From Candidatus Levybacteria bacterium RIFCSPHIGHO2_01_FULL_40_16 (GTDB lineage Bacteria > Patescibacteriota > Microgenomatia > Levybacterales > UBA12049): a stretch of DNA of 64,000 nucleotides. Below the pieces are notes generated by a model, which had not been told where the DNA came from, searched no databases, and worked only from the letters and a program-made list of their open reading frames with translations. Location of the stretch: NCBI GenBank assembly GCA_001783805.1, contig MFNS01000001.1:342921-406920 (forward strand), read 5' to 3'. Positions 28,343-37,269 of the stretch are shown here, in pieces. The first letter of the stretch is position 1; each line of letters opens with the position of its first letter. The translations under genes and the position numbers were made by a program.

Positions 28343-29767
28343 TCAGATTTTTTCAATTTGCACTCCTTTTGGAGTATCTTTTATATTGTAACCGAGTTTT
28401 CTGATTTTGTTGCGGATATGGTCTGCTTGAGTAAAGCTCCTCTGTTTCCTCAACGCGTTCCGTTCTTCAATCAATCTTTGCACTTCCGCGGGTACGACAA
28501 TTTTTATTGATTTACTTTTTTCTTTTGCTTTATCAAAACCCAAGCCTAAAACCTGATCCATCTTCAGCAAACTTTCTGCTTTAGCACTATCCGGATAATT
28601 GGATTTAATCAGCTCCCAAACAATCGACAAAGCTTTGGACATATTTAAATCATCATTTATCGCCTCCAGAAATTTTTCTTCATATTCCGCGCAGCCGACT
28701 TTTGGATTTTTTAATTTAGAAACTTCCTCAATCAAACGCTTGTAGGCAATTTGCGCTGCTTCCAGAGCATCCCAGGTAAAATTCATTTCCTGGCGGTAAT
28801 GAGTTTGTAAATAAAGATAACGCAAAGCCAACGGATCAAAACCTTTTTTAACCACACCCTCAACAGTCCAAATATTTCCGGTACTTTTGCTCATTTTATT
28901 TCCGTCAACATGCAGAAAATTATGGTGCACCCAATATTTTACGAATTCTTTTCCGGTTGCGGCTTCGGATTGGGCAATTTCATTGGTGTGATGAATTGAG
29001 ATATGATCAATCCCGCCCGTATGAATATCCAAAGTTTCCGTATCCAAACCTTTAATCGCCATTGTCGAACACTCCATATGCCACCCAGGAAATCCTAATC
29101 CCCAAGGGCTTGCCCACTCCATCTGTCGTTTACCCTCCGATGACACCCTCGGGGTGTTTTTTGATTGCACCTTAGAATAGCTAAACTTCCACAAGGCAAA
29201 ATCTGTTAGATGCTTTTTTCCCGCGACCATTTCAATTCTTGCGCCTGCTTTTAGTTCACTTATATTCTGACCGGAAAGTTTGGTGTAATTTGGAAATTTT
29301 GAAGTATCAAAATAAATTCCGTCTGCAATTTTGTAAGTAAAGCCCTTTTGTTCCAAAGTCTGAATAAAGACGATCTGTTCTCTAATGTAGTCTGTCGCGC
29401 GCATCACAATACTTGGTGGCTGAATATTTAAAGCATTTATGGAATTGAAAAATTGTTTTTCGAATTTCTTGGCAATTTCCCAAGTGCTCATGCCAAATTT
29501 ACGCGCTCCTTTTTCCATCTTGTCTTCTCCAGTATCCGAATCAGATACCAAATGCCCAACATCCGTAATATTCATGACCTGCTTTACTTTAAATCCGTTA
29601 AATTCCAAAACCCTTATCAAAATATCATCTCCGACATACCTGCGCATGTGTCCGATATGCTGATAATCATAAACTGTCGGTCCGCAGGCATACATATTTA
29701 CAACCGGCGGATTTATCGGTATAAATTCTTCTATCTTCCGCGTTAAGGTATTATATATCTTTAACAT
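28343..29767 (-). CDS. cysS: cysteine--tRNA ligase
   Basis: HIGH (HIGHMRRY) and KMSKS (KMSKSTGN) motifs; zinc-binding Cys. Confidence 0.95.
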   Translation of the reverse strand: MLKIYNTLTRKIEEFIPINPPVVNMYACGPTVYDYQHIGHMRRYVGDDILIRVLEFNGFKVKQVMNITDVGHLVSDSDTGEDKMEKGARKFGMSTWEIAKKFEKQFFNSINALNIQPPSIVMRATDYIREQIVFIQTLEQKGFTYKIADGIYFDTSKFPNYTKLSGQNISELKAGARIEMVAGKKHLTDFALWKFSYSKVQSKNTPRVSSEGKRQMEWASPWGLGFPGWHMECSTMAIKGLDTETLDIHTGGIDHISIHHTNEIAQSEAATGKEFVKYWVHHNFLHVDGNKMSKSTGNIWTVEGVVKKGFDPLALRYLYLQTHYRQEMNFTWDALEAAQIAYKRLIEEVSKLKNPKVGCAEYEEKFLEAINDDLNMSKALSIVWELIKSNYPDSAKAESLLKMDQVLGLGFDKAKEKSKSIKIVVPAEVQRLIEERNALRKQRSFTQADHIRNKIRKLGYNIKDTPKGVQIEKI

Positions 29768-29774
29768 ATTCTTA

Positions 29775-29804
29775 AATTTCTAATTTCTAATTTTTAATTT
29801 CTAG
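29775..29804 (+). repeat. heptanucleotide tandem repeat (TAATTTC-like x4) directly upstream of the cysS start
   Basis: AATTTCTAATTTCTAATTTTTAATTTCTAG read directly. Confidence 0.7.
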
Positions 29805-29877
29805 CCAATGTCAAATTTTTAAAAATTTAATAAATAAAAATTCAATAAAAATTGAAAATTTAAAATTAAAAATTCCG

Positions 29878-30483
29878 CTATCCTGCTGCGCCTCGGAACA
29901 TTTCTGTTTTGTTTTGCTCTCTCACAATCGCCAACGGAGGCGGTTTTTTCGCTTCTTTTTGCTGCAAGTCCTGCATTTCTTTGTTTTTCTCCTGCTCTAC
30001 TTTTTCTGCGGGCCTTTCTTCTCCGCCGGCCGGCGGATTTTTTGGATTAAATGTCGGATCATAATAAACGTCTTTGTGCAATTGATTTCGCAACTCTATC
30101 AGCCTTTTTTGCTCTTCAAGAGTTTTGTCGGCAATCTGCTCTTGAAATTCGCTCGGTTTTTTACCCTCCACCGTTGCCTGCTTATTGGTTTTCAAACTTC
30201 CATCCTGCGACATGTCCGACTTGCCATAAAGATCCTTTAAAAATTTAATCCGTTCTTCATCCGATTGCCACTGCTTTTGCTTTGGCTCACTCGCCTCGCT
30301 GGAGCTTTGACGAAGCGGGCCGAAGTCCTCAGCGGAAGCGGCAGGCTTGGCTATCCCAACTTGTCCGGCTAAATCTTGTGCAATTTCTTCAGGTATTTTT
30401 ATAGCCTGTTTTGCGGTCTGTTTCGCAGTTTGTCCGAGCTGATTAAGCGCCCCTCCCAAAATTGTCGTATCATCCATATTCAA
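29878..30483 (-). CDS. hypothetical charged low-complexity protein
   Basis: 201-aa ORF rich in K/E/Q; carries an in-frame NPPAGGEE palindromic element. Confidence 0.4.
   Translation of the reverse strand: MNMDDTTILGGALNQLGQTAKQTAKQAIKIPEEIAQDLAGQVGIAKPAASAEDFGPLRQSSSEASEPKQKQWQSDEERIKFLKDLYGKSDMSQDGSLKTNKQATVEGKKPSEFQEQIADKTLEEQKRLIELRNQLHKDVYYDPTFNPKNPPAGGEERPAEKVEQEKNKEMQDLQQKEAKKPPPLAIVREQNKTEMFRGAAG
30022..30039. repeat. family 2 palindromic element (TCCGCCGGCCGGCGGATT), in frame in the hypothetical gene
   Basis: Encodes NPPAGGE on the minus strand. Confidence 0.75.
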
Positions 30484-31301
30484 ATTTTAATTGTTTGACA
30501 GGCCAAAAGCAATATGATATAAAGCAAGATTATATGGTAACTTCCAAAGAGTCTTTTGAATCCAAATTATTAGCCCATGATATTATTCTCCTCGCAAGAT
30601 TATTAGGGAAAAAACCGGAAAGATCTGTTTCATTGTCTTTTGCAACCGTTGAAGGATTTATTAAAGATGATGCGAAAGTTGAGCTTCCTCCACCCTTAAT
30701 TGATCAATTAAACCTAGAATCTTTATCTTGGGTAATTTGTAGGGAAAGGCCGATGGTAAAAACTTCTTTACCAGTTTTGTACATGGGTAAGCGCCCTCAA
30801 GAATCCAACAAATTAACTACGGACATTGCCGATGCGACTGTTACCATCATGATTGACAATACGTATCTACGGGCAGCATGGGTTGATCGTAATCAAAAAA
30901 AAATTATTGCCGCTGTCTATAAACTTATGGGAGATAAAACTCTTGCTGAGCTAAACGTGTCAATGAGGTATTTTGAATGGAAGAAATATGCAGAAGGATT
31001 GTCTAAAGATGATATTGATAGCTCAACAGTATCTATACCTACAGACATCGAAAAACCATACGAAACAGCGGGCCTCATAACAAAGATCATGTATGATCTG
31101 ACAAATGAATCGGTCTTCCAGCTTCCCAATATTGAAACTCCCCGTAGCTCTAGGGCATTAATCTTTAAGTTTAATAACAATCCTACCCTTAAAGCTCGCG
31201 GTTATCATGAAGAAAGAAAAGGTAAAATCGCAACTGTTGGTTTAACGGACAACGAAGGCTCACCCAGCTGGAGAATCGATATCCCTGGAAAACTTCAATA
31301 G
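30462..31301 (+). CDS. hypothetical protein
   Basis: 279-aa ORF with no recognisable motif; the start may be the internal Met near 30534. Confidence 0.45.
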   Translation: MSYHPYSNFNCLTGQKQYDIKQDYMVTSKESFESKLLAHDIILLARLLGKKPERSVSLSFATVEGFIKDDAKVELPPPLIDQLNLESLSWVICRERPMVKTSLPVLYMGKRPQESNKLTTDIADATVTIMIDNTYLRAAWVDRNQKKIIAAVYKLMGDKTLAELNVSMRYFEWKKYAEGLSKDDIDSSTVSIPTDIEKPYETAGLITKIMYDLTNESVFQLPNIETPRSSRALIFKFNNNPTLKARGYHEERKGKIATVGLTDNEGSPSWRIDIPGKLQ

Positions 31302-31312
31302 AAATTCGCATC

Positions 31313-31945
31313 TCAATAATCCTGCCTACCTTCCATGGCGCGTTGAAGAGTTAGTTCGTCGGCGTATTCGATGTCCGCTCCCGTCGGCAATCCCCGCCCA
31401 ATGCGGGTAATTTTTAATTTTGCTTGTCCTTCCGAAGCTTTAGCGGAGGAGGAAGTTTTGATTTGTTTACTAATATACATTGCTGTTGCCTCTCCCTCCA
31501 TGGTCGGATTCGTTGCCAAAATGATTTCACTGATTGCAGACTGATTTCCGCGGATTCGTTCAAGCAATTGATTAATGCGGATCTCATCCGGACCGATGTT
31601 GCTCAACGGATCTATTCTTCCATGAAGCACGTGATAAATCCCCTTATATTTTCCGTTTTTCTCAAGCGCCAAAACATCCAGCGGCTCCTCGACCACGCAA
31701 ATAATTGACTTATTCCGCTCCCGATTCGCACAAATACTGCAGGGGTCGCTCTCGTCTACCGAAAAGCAAATAGAACAAATAATTGTTCCTTTTTTGAGAT
31801 TTTGGATTGAATTTGAAAAGCTATCTAATTCACCTTGCGGGACATGTAAAAGGTAAAAGGTCAAACGCTGGGCGGTTTTGCTACCAATACCGGGTAACTT
31901 CTCAAAAGATTCAATTAAATTCTGTATTGCCTTGGGAATCTTCAT
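31313..31945 (-). CDS. recR: recombination protein RecR
   Basis: N-terminal HhH (LPGIGSKTAQRL), C4 zinc finger, Toprim domain. Confidence 0.95.
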   Translation of the reverse strand: MKIPKAIQNLIESFEKLPGIGSKTAQRLTFYLLHVPQGELDSFSNSIQNLKKGTIICSICFSVDESDPCSICANRERNKSIICVVEEPLDVLALEKNGKYKGIYHVLHGRIDPLSNIGPDEIRINQLLERIRGNQSAISEIILATNPTMEGEATAMYISKQIKTSSSAKASEGQAKLKITRIGRGLPTGADIEYADELTLQRAMEGRQDY

Positions 31946-31960
31946 GTTGCACTCTTATTT

Positions 31961-32851
31961 TTACATTTTTAATTGCTCAGCTATCATTTGCGACACTGAC
32001 AGAATTTGAAGTTTGGGGAATCTTTTTTCTTTAGGTATATTAATCGTGTCCGTGACAAAAACTTTTTTCAAAGAAGAATTGCTTAAAATACTTGGCGCTT
32101 GATCTGAAAAAACAGCATGAGTCGCAAAGACGAAGATTTCTTTTACTCCTTTTTTCTTTAACAAATCAGATGCGCCAACAATAGTTCCTCCTGTTGAAAT
32201 CATATCATCAATTATAACTGCATTTTCTTTGACTTTTCCCTCAATTCCATCCATCGCAACTTTTCCGGTTGCCAAGTTTCTATCTTTTTTTATGACCGCG
32301 AAAGGCATATTGCCTAACATTCTTGACAAAAGTTTTATTCTCCTTATTCCTCCGGAATCCGGAGAAATTAGCACAGTAGCTTTGCCCATTTTTTTAATCT
32401 CTTGAGCAAATATCGGAAGCGCAGACAAATGATTGAGTTTTATTTTAAAAATCTCCGGAATTTTTATAGAATGAAGGTCAAACGAGATGACCTCATCTAC
32501 CCCTCCCCATTTCAAAAGCGTTGCAATCACTTCCAAAGAAACTGCTTCTCCCTCCCTAAAAACATGATCTTGTCTTTGATATCCAAGGTATGGAATGACT
32601 GCTTTTATTTTACTGGCTCCGGATCTTCTCAAGGCATCAACGATGAAAAAAAGCTCCATATAGCTTTTATCGGGCTCGGGAGATGTTGGCTGAACCACAA
32701 CGCAATCTTCGTCAGTAACCCTTTCTAACACTCTTATTCTTTTCTCCCCGTCCGGAAAGACGTAGATTTCAAGAGGCGATAAATCTTGTCCTAATTTTTC
32801 TGCAATTTTTTGAGCCAGGGGTCTATTGGAAGTTCCGCTAAAAATCTTCAT
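31961..32851 (-). CDS. prs: ribose-phosphate pyrophosphokinase
   Basis: PRPP-binding IIDDMISTGGTI; typical Prs N-terminus. Confidence 0.9.
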   Translation of the reverse strand: MKIFSGTSNRPLAQKIAEKLGQDLSPLEIYVFPDGEKRIRVLERVTDEDCVVVQPTSPEPDKSYMELFFIVDALRRSGASKIKAVIPYLGYQRQDHVFREGEAVSLEVIATLLKWGGVDEVISFDLHSIKIPEIFKIKLNHLSALPIFAQEIKKMGKATVLISPDSGGIRRIKLLSRMLGNMPFAVIKKDRNLATGKVAMDGIEGKVKENAVIIDDMISTGGTIVGASDLLKKKGVKEIFVFATHAVFSDQAPSILSNSSLKKVFVTDTINIPKEKRFPKLQILSVSQMIAEQLKM

Positions 32852-32897
32852 AGAGTTATTCTACTATCGTAAAACCTCTTAATCAACAAGAAAAACT

Positions 32898-33188
32898 TTA
32901 CTGGCCGCCCATTCCTCCCAAAAGACCGCTTAATCCTCCCTGCATTTGCGAGAGTTTTTTGGCCGCAACTTCTTGAGACTTTTTGATTGCTTCATTAACC
33001 GCGTCTTTGATGTCATTGTCCGATTGTCCATTGGACAAAAGTTCTTTTATTTTCTGGTCTCCTGAAATAACAATGCGTACGCCATTCTTGTCAACAGTTA
33101 CCTCTTCGGCCTGGAGTTCTCTTTGAATTTGCATCGCCTGATCGCGCATTTTTTTAATTTCCCCGATTTGTTTAAATGGATTTAGCAT
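32898..33188 (-). CDS. ybaB: nucleoid-associated protein YbaB/EbfC
   Basis: Typical ~95-aa YbaB sequence; sits between dnaX and recR as in most bacteria. Confidence 0.9.
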   Translation of the reverse strand: MLNPFKQIGEIKKMRDQAMQIQRELQAEEVTVDKNGVRIVISGDQKIKELLSNGQSDNDIKDAVNEAIKKSQEVAAKKLSQMQGGLSGLLGGMGGQ

Positions 33189-33208
33189 TAATTTTTCACC
33201 CCCTTATA

Positions 33209-33246
33209 GAAACTGTTTCCAAATCTTAATTTGGAATTACAGTTTC
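33209..33246. promoter_or_regulatory. long near-perfect palindrome (GAAACTGT..TTCCAAAT-TAAG-ATTTGGAA..ACAGTTTC) in the dnaX-ybaB intergenic region
   Basis: 16-17 bp stem with one 2-nt bulge, immediately upstream of the ybaB RBS. Confidence 0.45.
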
Positions 33247-33322
33247 TTGAATCCGCCAATATTCGCTCTTTGAGCCGCGCTACGAATAGTAGCATAAGGC
33301 GAAAAGTAAGAATAGGCGGACT

Positions 33323-34807
33323 TTACCTATTTTTTAATTCTATTTCTATTTTAACATTTTTTTTCGTAATTCCTCTTAGGGCATTTTCCAATACTTCTTC
33401 AGTTTTAACTTCGCTAAGTTTGTCTTTATGAAATTTAAAATTTGTCTGCAATAATAATTTTTTACCATCGTAGCTTTTTATACTGCATCCGCGCAAAACT
33501 CCGGCTATAGAATGATTGTAGGTTTTTACTTTATCTACTAAAGCAGTCCACAAAGCATCATGCTCGCTATAATTTGAAATCCCCTGCTGGACGATATTAA
33601 TCGTTTCTTTTTTTATATCTAGTCGAGGGGTGGCGCGACTGGAGGGCGTCCCGTCGAGTGACCGCAGGGGGCTTGCGACCGAGGACGTCGGACGGGACGA
33701 AGGAGCGACAGGACCCCGAACTGATGAAGTATGGTCCGCCCCAACAGCGACTGAACACCATTCGACAATCACTAATTCCAATGGCAATTGGGGAAGCACT
33801 GCATATTTCAGCTCACTTTTTGCTTTTGCTAATAATTCAATCAGTCTTTTTATTTCTCCTATTTCTAATTTTGAATTATCCATTACGAGCACCGAATTAT
33901 CTTCTGAAAATTCCACTCCCGCTTTAAAAAGCAAACTATTATGTAAAGTTTCTATGAGCCCCTGCATGAAATACCCCATCTCAACCCCCTCGCTTGCGAG
34001 CTTTGCGACTATTCCCAATCCCCCCTTCGTATCTTTTTCTTCCAAAGATTTTATCATTTGGGCTATTTGATATTGTGTGCTGGCAATTGAATAATTTTTC
34101 TCGACCAATTCTTTGGTGATTTTTTTATTCTTGGCTAGCGTTACTATTTCTTCCAGAATTTTCGCTCCATCCCTAAAGCTTCCATCCGAAAGATTAGCAA
34201 TTAAGCGTAGGGCATCTTCCTCTGCTTCCAAATTTTCTTTTTTAATTATTTTCCCAAATGAACGGACCAGCTCTTCCTCGGTTGCTCTTTTAAATTGTAT
34301 GCGTAAACAGCGCGATATTATTGTGCCGGGAACTTTGTGGGGTTCGGTTGTACAAAGGATAAAAACCACGTGGCTTGGCGGCTCTTCCAAAGTTTTAAGA
34401 AGCGCATTGAAAGCCTCCGTAGTTAGCATGTGAACTTCATCAATAATGTAAACTTTTCTGGTCGCGCTCATTGGAGACAATTTTACTTTCTCACGAAGAT
34501 CGCGGATTTCATCTATTCCTCTATTTGATGCGCCGTCTATTTCCAGAATATCCATATTCGTTCCATTGGTTATGGATACGCATTGCTCGCATTTGTTGCA
34601 CGGCTCGATACCCTTTGTTTTCTTTTCGCAATTCAGGACTTTTGCGACAATTCTGGCTGTTGACGTTTTTCCCAAACCCTTAGAACCCGTAAAGAGAAAC
34701 GCATGCGGAACCGATGAGCTTTCCAGAACATTGTAAAGTTTTTCGCGAACTTCTTTGCTGTCAAGCTCTTCTATTTTTTGCGGACGATATTTCCGATAAA
34801 AAACCAT
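33323..34807 (-). CDS. dnaX: DNA polymerase III subunit gamma/tau
   Basis: Walker A GSKGLGKTST, zinc module CNKCEQC, clamp-loader domains. Contains a GC-rich in-frame linker insertion. Confidence 0.9.
   Translation of the reverse strand: MVFYRKYRPQKIEELDSKEVREKLYNVLESSSVPHAFLFTGSKGLGKTSTARIVAKVLNCEKKTKGIEPCNKCEQCVSITNGTNMDILEIDGASNRGIDEIRDLREKVKLSPMSATRKVYIIDEVHMLTTEAFNALLKTLEEPPSHVVFILCTTEPHKVPGTIISRCLRIQFKRATEEELVRSFGKIIKKENLEAEEDALRLIANLSDGSFRDGAKILEEIVTLAKNKKITKELVEKNYSIASTQYQIAQMIKSLEEKDTKGGLGIVAKLASEGVEMGYFMQGLIETLHNSLLFKAGVEFSEDNSVLVMDNSKLEIGEIKRLIELLAKAKSELKYAVLPQLPLELVIVEWCSVAVGADHTSSVRGPVAPSSRPTSSVASPLRSLDGTPSSRATPRLDIKKETINIVQQGISNYSEHDALWTALVDKVKTYNHSIAGVLRGCSIKSYDGKKLLLQTNFKFHKDKLSEVKTEEVLENALRGITKKNVKIEIELKNR
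33621..33765. repeat. ~145-nt GC-rich imperfectly palindromic element inserted in frame inside dnaX
   Basis: GC content far above the flanks; inverted segments CGTCCCGTCG ... CGACGGGACG; encodes a Pro/Ser/Arg-rich linker (GADHTSSVRGPVAPSSRPTSSVASPLRSLDGTPSSRATPRLD). Confidence 0.6.
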
Positions 34808-34810
34808 AGG

Positions 34811-35197
34811 TTATTCGTGGCCAATCCCTAACAGGTGCAGCATTCCGTGCTCGGTTAATTCGTCAACCTTGTCGTCCACAAGCATTTCTTCCTTAGACGC
34901 GTCTCTTATAACCTGCGGATAGGACATAACGATATCCCCAAGTCTTAATACGGCATTACCCAAGTGTGTCGATTCACCTTCGGATAAAGAAAAAGACAAA
35001 ATATTTCTGGTTTTATCCTCACCCTTGTACTTCTTGCTTAAAGCGCGCATTTTCCTATCTCCTACAATTGCAACAGAGACCTCAACTGGTCCTTTAATTT
35101 CATGCTCTGCTAACACTTTGAGGATGGTTTTTTTGATACGCTTCCTATCAACCCGATATCTGCTTTCCACAAAAATGGGGATTGTTACTTTTTCCAT
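34811..35197 (-). CDS. ybeY: rRNA maturation RNase YbeY
   Basis: HGMLHLLGIGHE (H3xH5xH) motif; start moved to the internal Met. Confidence 0.9.
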   Translation of the reverse strand: MEKVTIPIFVESRYRVDRKRIKKTILKVLAEHEIKGPVEVSVAIVGDRKMRALSKKYKGEDKTRNILSFSLSEGESTHLGNAVLRLGDIVMSYPQVIRDASKEEMLVDDKVDELTEHGMLHLLGIGHE

Positions 35198-35198
35198 A

Positions 35199-35381
35199 TT
35201 AAGCCCACATCTTCTTTGCACGCCTCGCGTCTTCCTTTTTCTGCTTTCGGGCAAGTGATGGTTTCAGGTAAAAAGCGCGTCTTTTTGCCTCAGGAATAAT
35301 TCCTTCATTTAAGACTTTTCTTTGAAATTTGCGAATTAATGTGTCATCGCTGTCTCCCGGCATTCTTCTAACCACTACCAT
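35199..35381 (-). CDS. rpsU: 30S ribosomal protein S21
   Basis: 60 aa, basic, S21-like (..LIRKFQRKV..RRAFYLKPS..RK). Confidence 0.8.
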   Translation of the reverse strand: MVVVRRMPGDSDDTLIRKFQRKVLNEGIIPEAKRRAFYLKPSLARKQKKEDARRAKKMWA

Positions 35382-35469
35382 AATTCAACACCTCGATTCT
35401 AAAAATCAGTTGTACCCTATTTTACTCCAAACCCAAAACAGAGTAAATACCCAAACCGATACACAAGAC

Positions 35470-35847
35470 TTAGGCGGACATCTCTGCAGCTTTACCCAGA
35501 GGTCCCATGAGATGGAGGTGTAAATGATCTATAATTTGCGCTCCCCCTCCATTGATGACAACACGATAGCCTTTATTTTCAAGCTTCTGCTCCTTAATCA
35601 TTTTCTGGATTACTTTTGTAAGCTTAATCATTAATCCCTGCCCGCCATTGGCTTCGCTTTCAGGCGATGGCGGGCGGGCTTTATCATTCATCATTAATAA
35701 ATCTCCAAGGTGTTTTTTGGGAATAATTAATAAATGAACAGGTTTTAACGGATGAATGTCGGGAAAAACCATAATATTAGCATCTTCGTATGTAAATTCC
35801 TTCGGAATAATTCTGTCTCTGATTTTGCAAAATATGCAAGACTTCAT
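35470..35847 (-). CDS. HIT-family protein
   Basis: Histidine triad DHLHLHLMG. Confidence 0.85.
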   Translation of the reverse strand: MKSCIFCKIRDRIIPKEFTYEDANIMVFPDIHPLKPVHLLIIPKKHLGDLLMMNDKARPPSPESEANGGQGLMIKLTKVIQKMIKEQKLENKGYRVVINGGGAQIIDHLHLHLMGPLGKAAEMSA

Positions 35848-35848
35848 T

Positions 35849-36790
35849 TTAAATTTTCTCCAACACTTTTATTATTTCTTTAATCCCCAGCTTGCTTGGA
35901 CGCATTTTTGGATTTTTGACTGATCCATTGAGAAGCATTTTTTTTCCAACATGCAGAAACCAGGTGGCATCCGGATCCAGTTTTTTCAGCTTTTCATAAA
36001 CAGGGGTCAAGTCTATATTTATTTTGCCGATGACAGGCACGGCTTTGATGCGGATGTACCCCTTTCTCGGATCTTTTCTTAAAACGATTACATAGCCCAT
36101 CTTTTGAGATAATTTGATAACCGTATCGTTTAAAGTTTCAAAGCCAATTCCTTTTCCAAATTGAGTGGTAAACTTTTGGCCATTTTCTCTGATTTCTTTT
36201 TCCGCCCAGATTCTATTTTCAAATTCGTGCAAAACCGCGTCTAATCCCTTGCTCACAAATTCAACATAATAATCATCCTGATTGGGAAATTGAAATTTAA
36301 GTCCATCCAAAATGCTTGTCAGATTAAACTCATGATAGTCTGCAACTGCATCTTTCCAAAATACTTCCTTAAAATGATCAATATCTACAATTACTCCAAT
36401 CATTCTGGAGATCGCTTCTGTTTTGCTCTTTATTTTGTCATTCTGAATTCTGAATTCTGAATTCTGAATTCTGACGTAATCCCAGGTTAGACTCGCACCG
36501 CAGACTTTGTCCGATACGGTCTGGTGATGATCCAAAGGTCCCAAACCCGTATCAACATGAATTACCTCGTCATCCTCAATGACTTCAATTGGAGACGCTT
36601 CATTTCCATTTTTCCATTTTCCGCTGTCAATCCGTTCCCCTGCCGGTACAAATCTTACAGTTGCAGTTTCCCATCCCGGTAAAAACTTTTTAATTAGCCA
36701 AACTGAAGTAATTGCATCCATATCCGGAGACGTATGCGTCACAACAATTTTCATGCTTTCAAGTATACAGCAGTATCCTCTACTTGACAA
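35849..36790 (-). CDS. DHH-family phosphoesterase
   Basis: Motif I/II VVTHTSPDMDAITS and motif III LDHHQT. Contains an in-frame heptamer repeat tract. Confidence 0.6.
   Translation of the reverse strand: MSSRGYCCILESMKIVVTHTSPDMDAITSVWLIKKFLPGWETATVRFVPAGERIDSGKWKNGNEASPIEVIEDDEVIHVDTGLGPLDHHQTVSDKVCGASLTWDYVRIQNSEFRIQNDKIKSKTEAISRMIGVIVDIDHFKEVFWKDAVADYHEFNLTSILDGLKFQFPNQDDYYVEFVSKGLDAVLHEFENRIWAEKEIRENGQKFTTQFGKGIGFETLNDTVIKLSQKMGYVIVLRKDPRKGYIRIKAVPVIGKINIDLTPVYEKLKKLDPDATWFLHVGKKMLLNGSVKNPKMRPSKLGIKEIIKVLEKI
36441..36474. repeat. (TGAATTC)n heptanucleotide tandem repeat, 4.5 copies, inside the DHH esterase CDS
   Basis: TTCTGAATTCTGAATTCTGAATTCTGAATTCTGA; encodes RIQNSEFRIQN. Confidence 0.8.
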
Positions 36791-36822
36791 ATTATTGAAA
36801 ATAAAAGACTATATTAATATCT

Positions 36823-37269
36823 ATGGATCCGCAAAAACTGTCTCAATTAGATCCCAAATTAAGAGAAGCTTATCAGCGCGTCATGGGGACCACGATTCCA
36901 ACGCCCCCGGCCGCCCCCATTCAAACGCAAGCTCCTCCGCCGTCAATTCCTTCTGACCCGACCCAAATTCCGCAGCCTCAACCGATAATAAATCCGCAGT
37001 CTCAAGCTGTTCCAATGCCAGAGTCGGTCCCTACACAACCGGCCACTAATTTCGTTCAGATGAATTCCGAAGTGCCGGCTCCTGCTCAAAATTTTACAAC
37101 TCCACCCCCAATGCCTCTAGCACAAACTATGGCTGTAAAAAAGAAAAGCGGAATAATAATGCCAATCTTGTTCGGATTTGCGGCTTTGGTTTTTATTGCA
37201 ATTTACACTCTTTTCTGGACAAAAATCTTCAATTTCAATCTTCCCTTCAAGCTCCCCTTTTTACCCTAA
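36823..37269 (+). CDS. proline-rich protein with C-terminal TM anchor, hypothetical
   Basis: PxxP-rich low-complexity N-terminus; hydrophobic C-terminus. Confidence 0.4.
   Translation: MDPQKLSQLDPKLREAYQRVMGTTIPTPPAAPIQTQAPPPSIPSDPTQIPQPQPIINPQSQAVPMPESVPTQPATNFVQMNSEVPAPAQNFTTPPPMPLAQTMAVKKKSGIIMPILFGFAALVFIAIYTLFWTKIFNFNLPFKLPFLP

Noticed and set aside
28230-28357. Small TTG-initiated hydrophobic ORF downstream of and overlapping the cysS 3' end
   Set aside because: It requires a TTG start inside the cysS stop region and has no RBS; the alternative ATG frame gives an 18-aa non-hydrophobic peptide.
33189-33322. SRP (4.5S) RNA gene in the dnaX-ybaB spacer, and SRP/6S RNA in the rpsB leader (45740-45984)
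   Set aside because: Neither region contains the conserved SRP domain IV motif (GGAAG...CAGCC symmetric loop) or a 6S-like long bulged helix that I could recognise. I have left both as unclassified structured elements.
36441-36474. Heptamer tandem repeats (here and at 29775, 43505, 53600, 60474) as a CRISPR array
   Set aside because: The units are 7 nt with no spacers and no cas genes; these are microsatellite-like tracts, mostly inside CDS.
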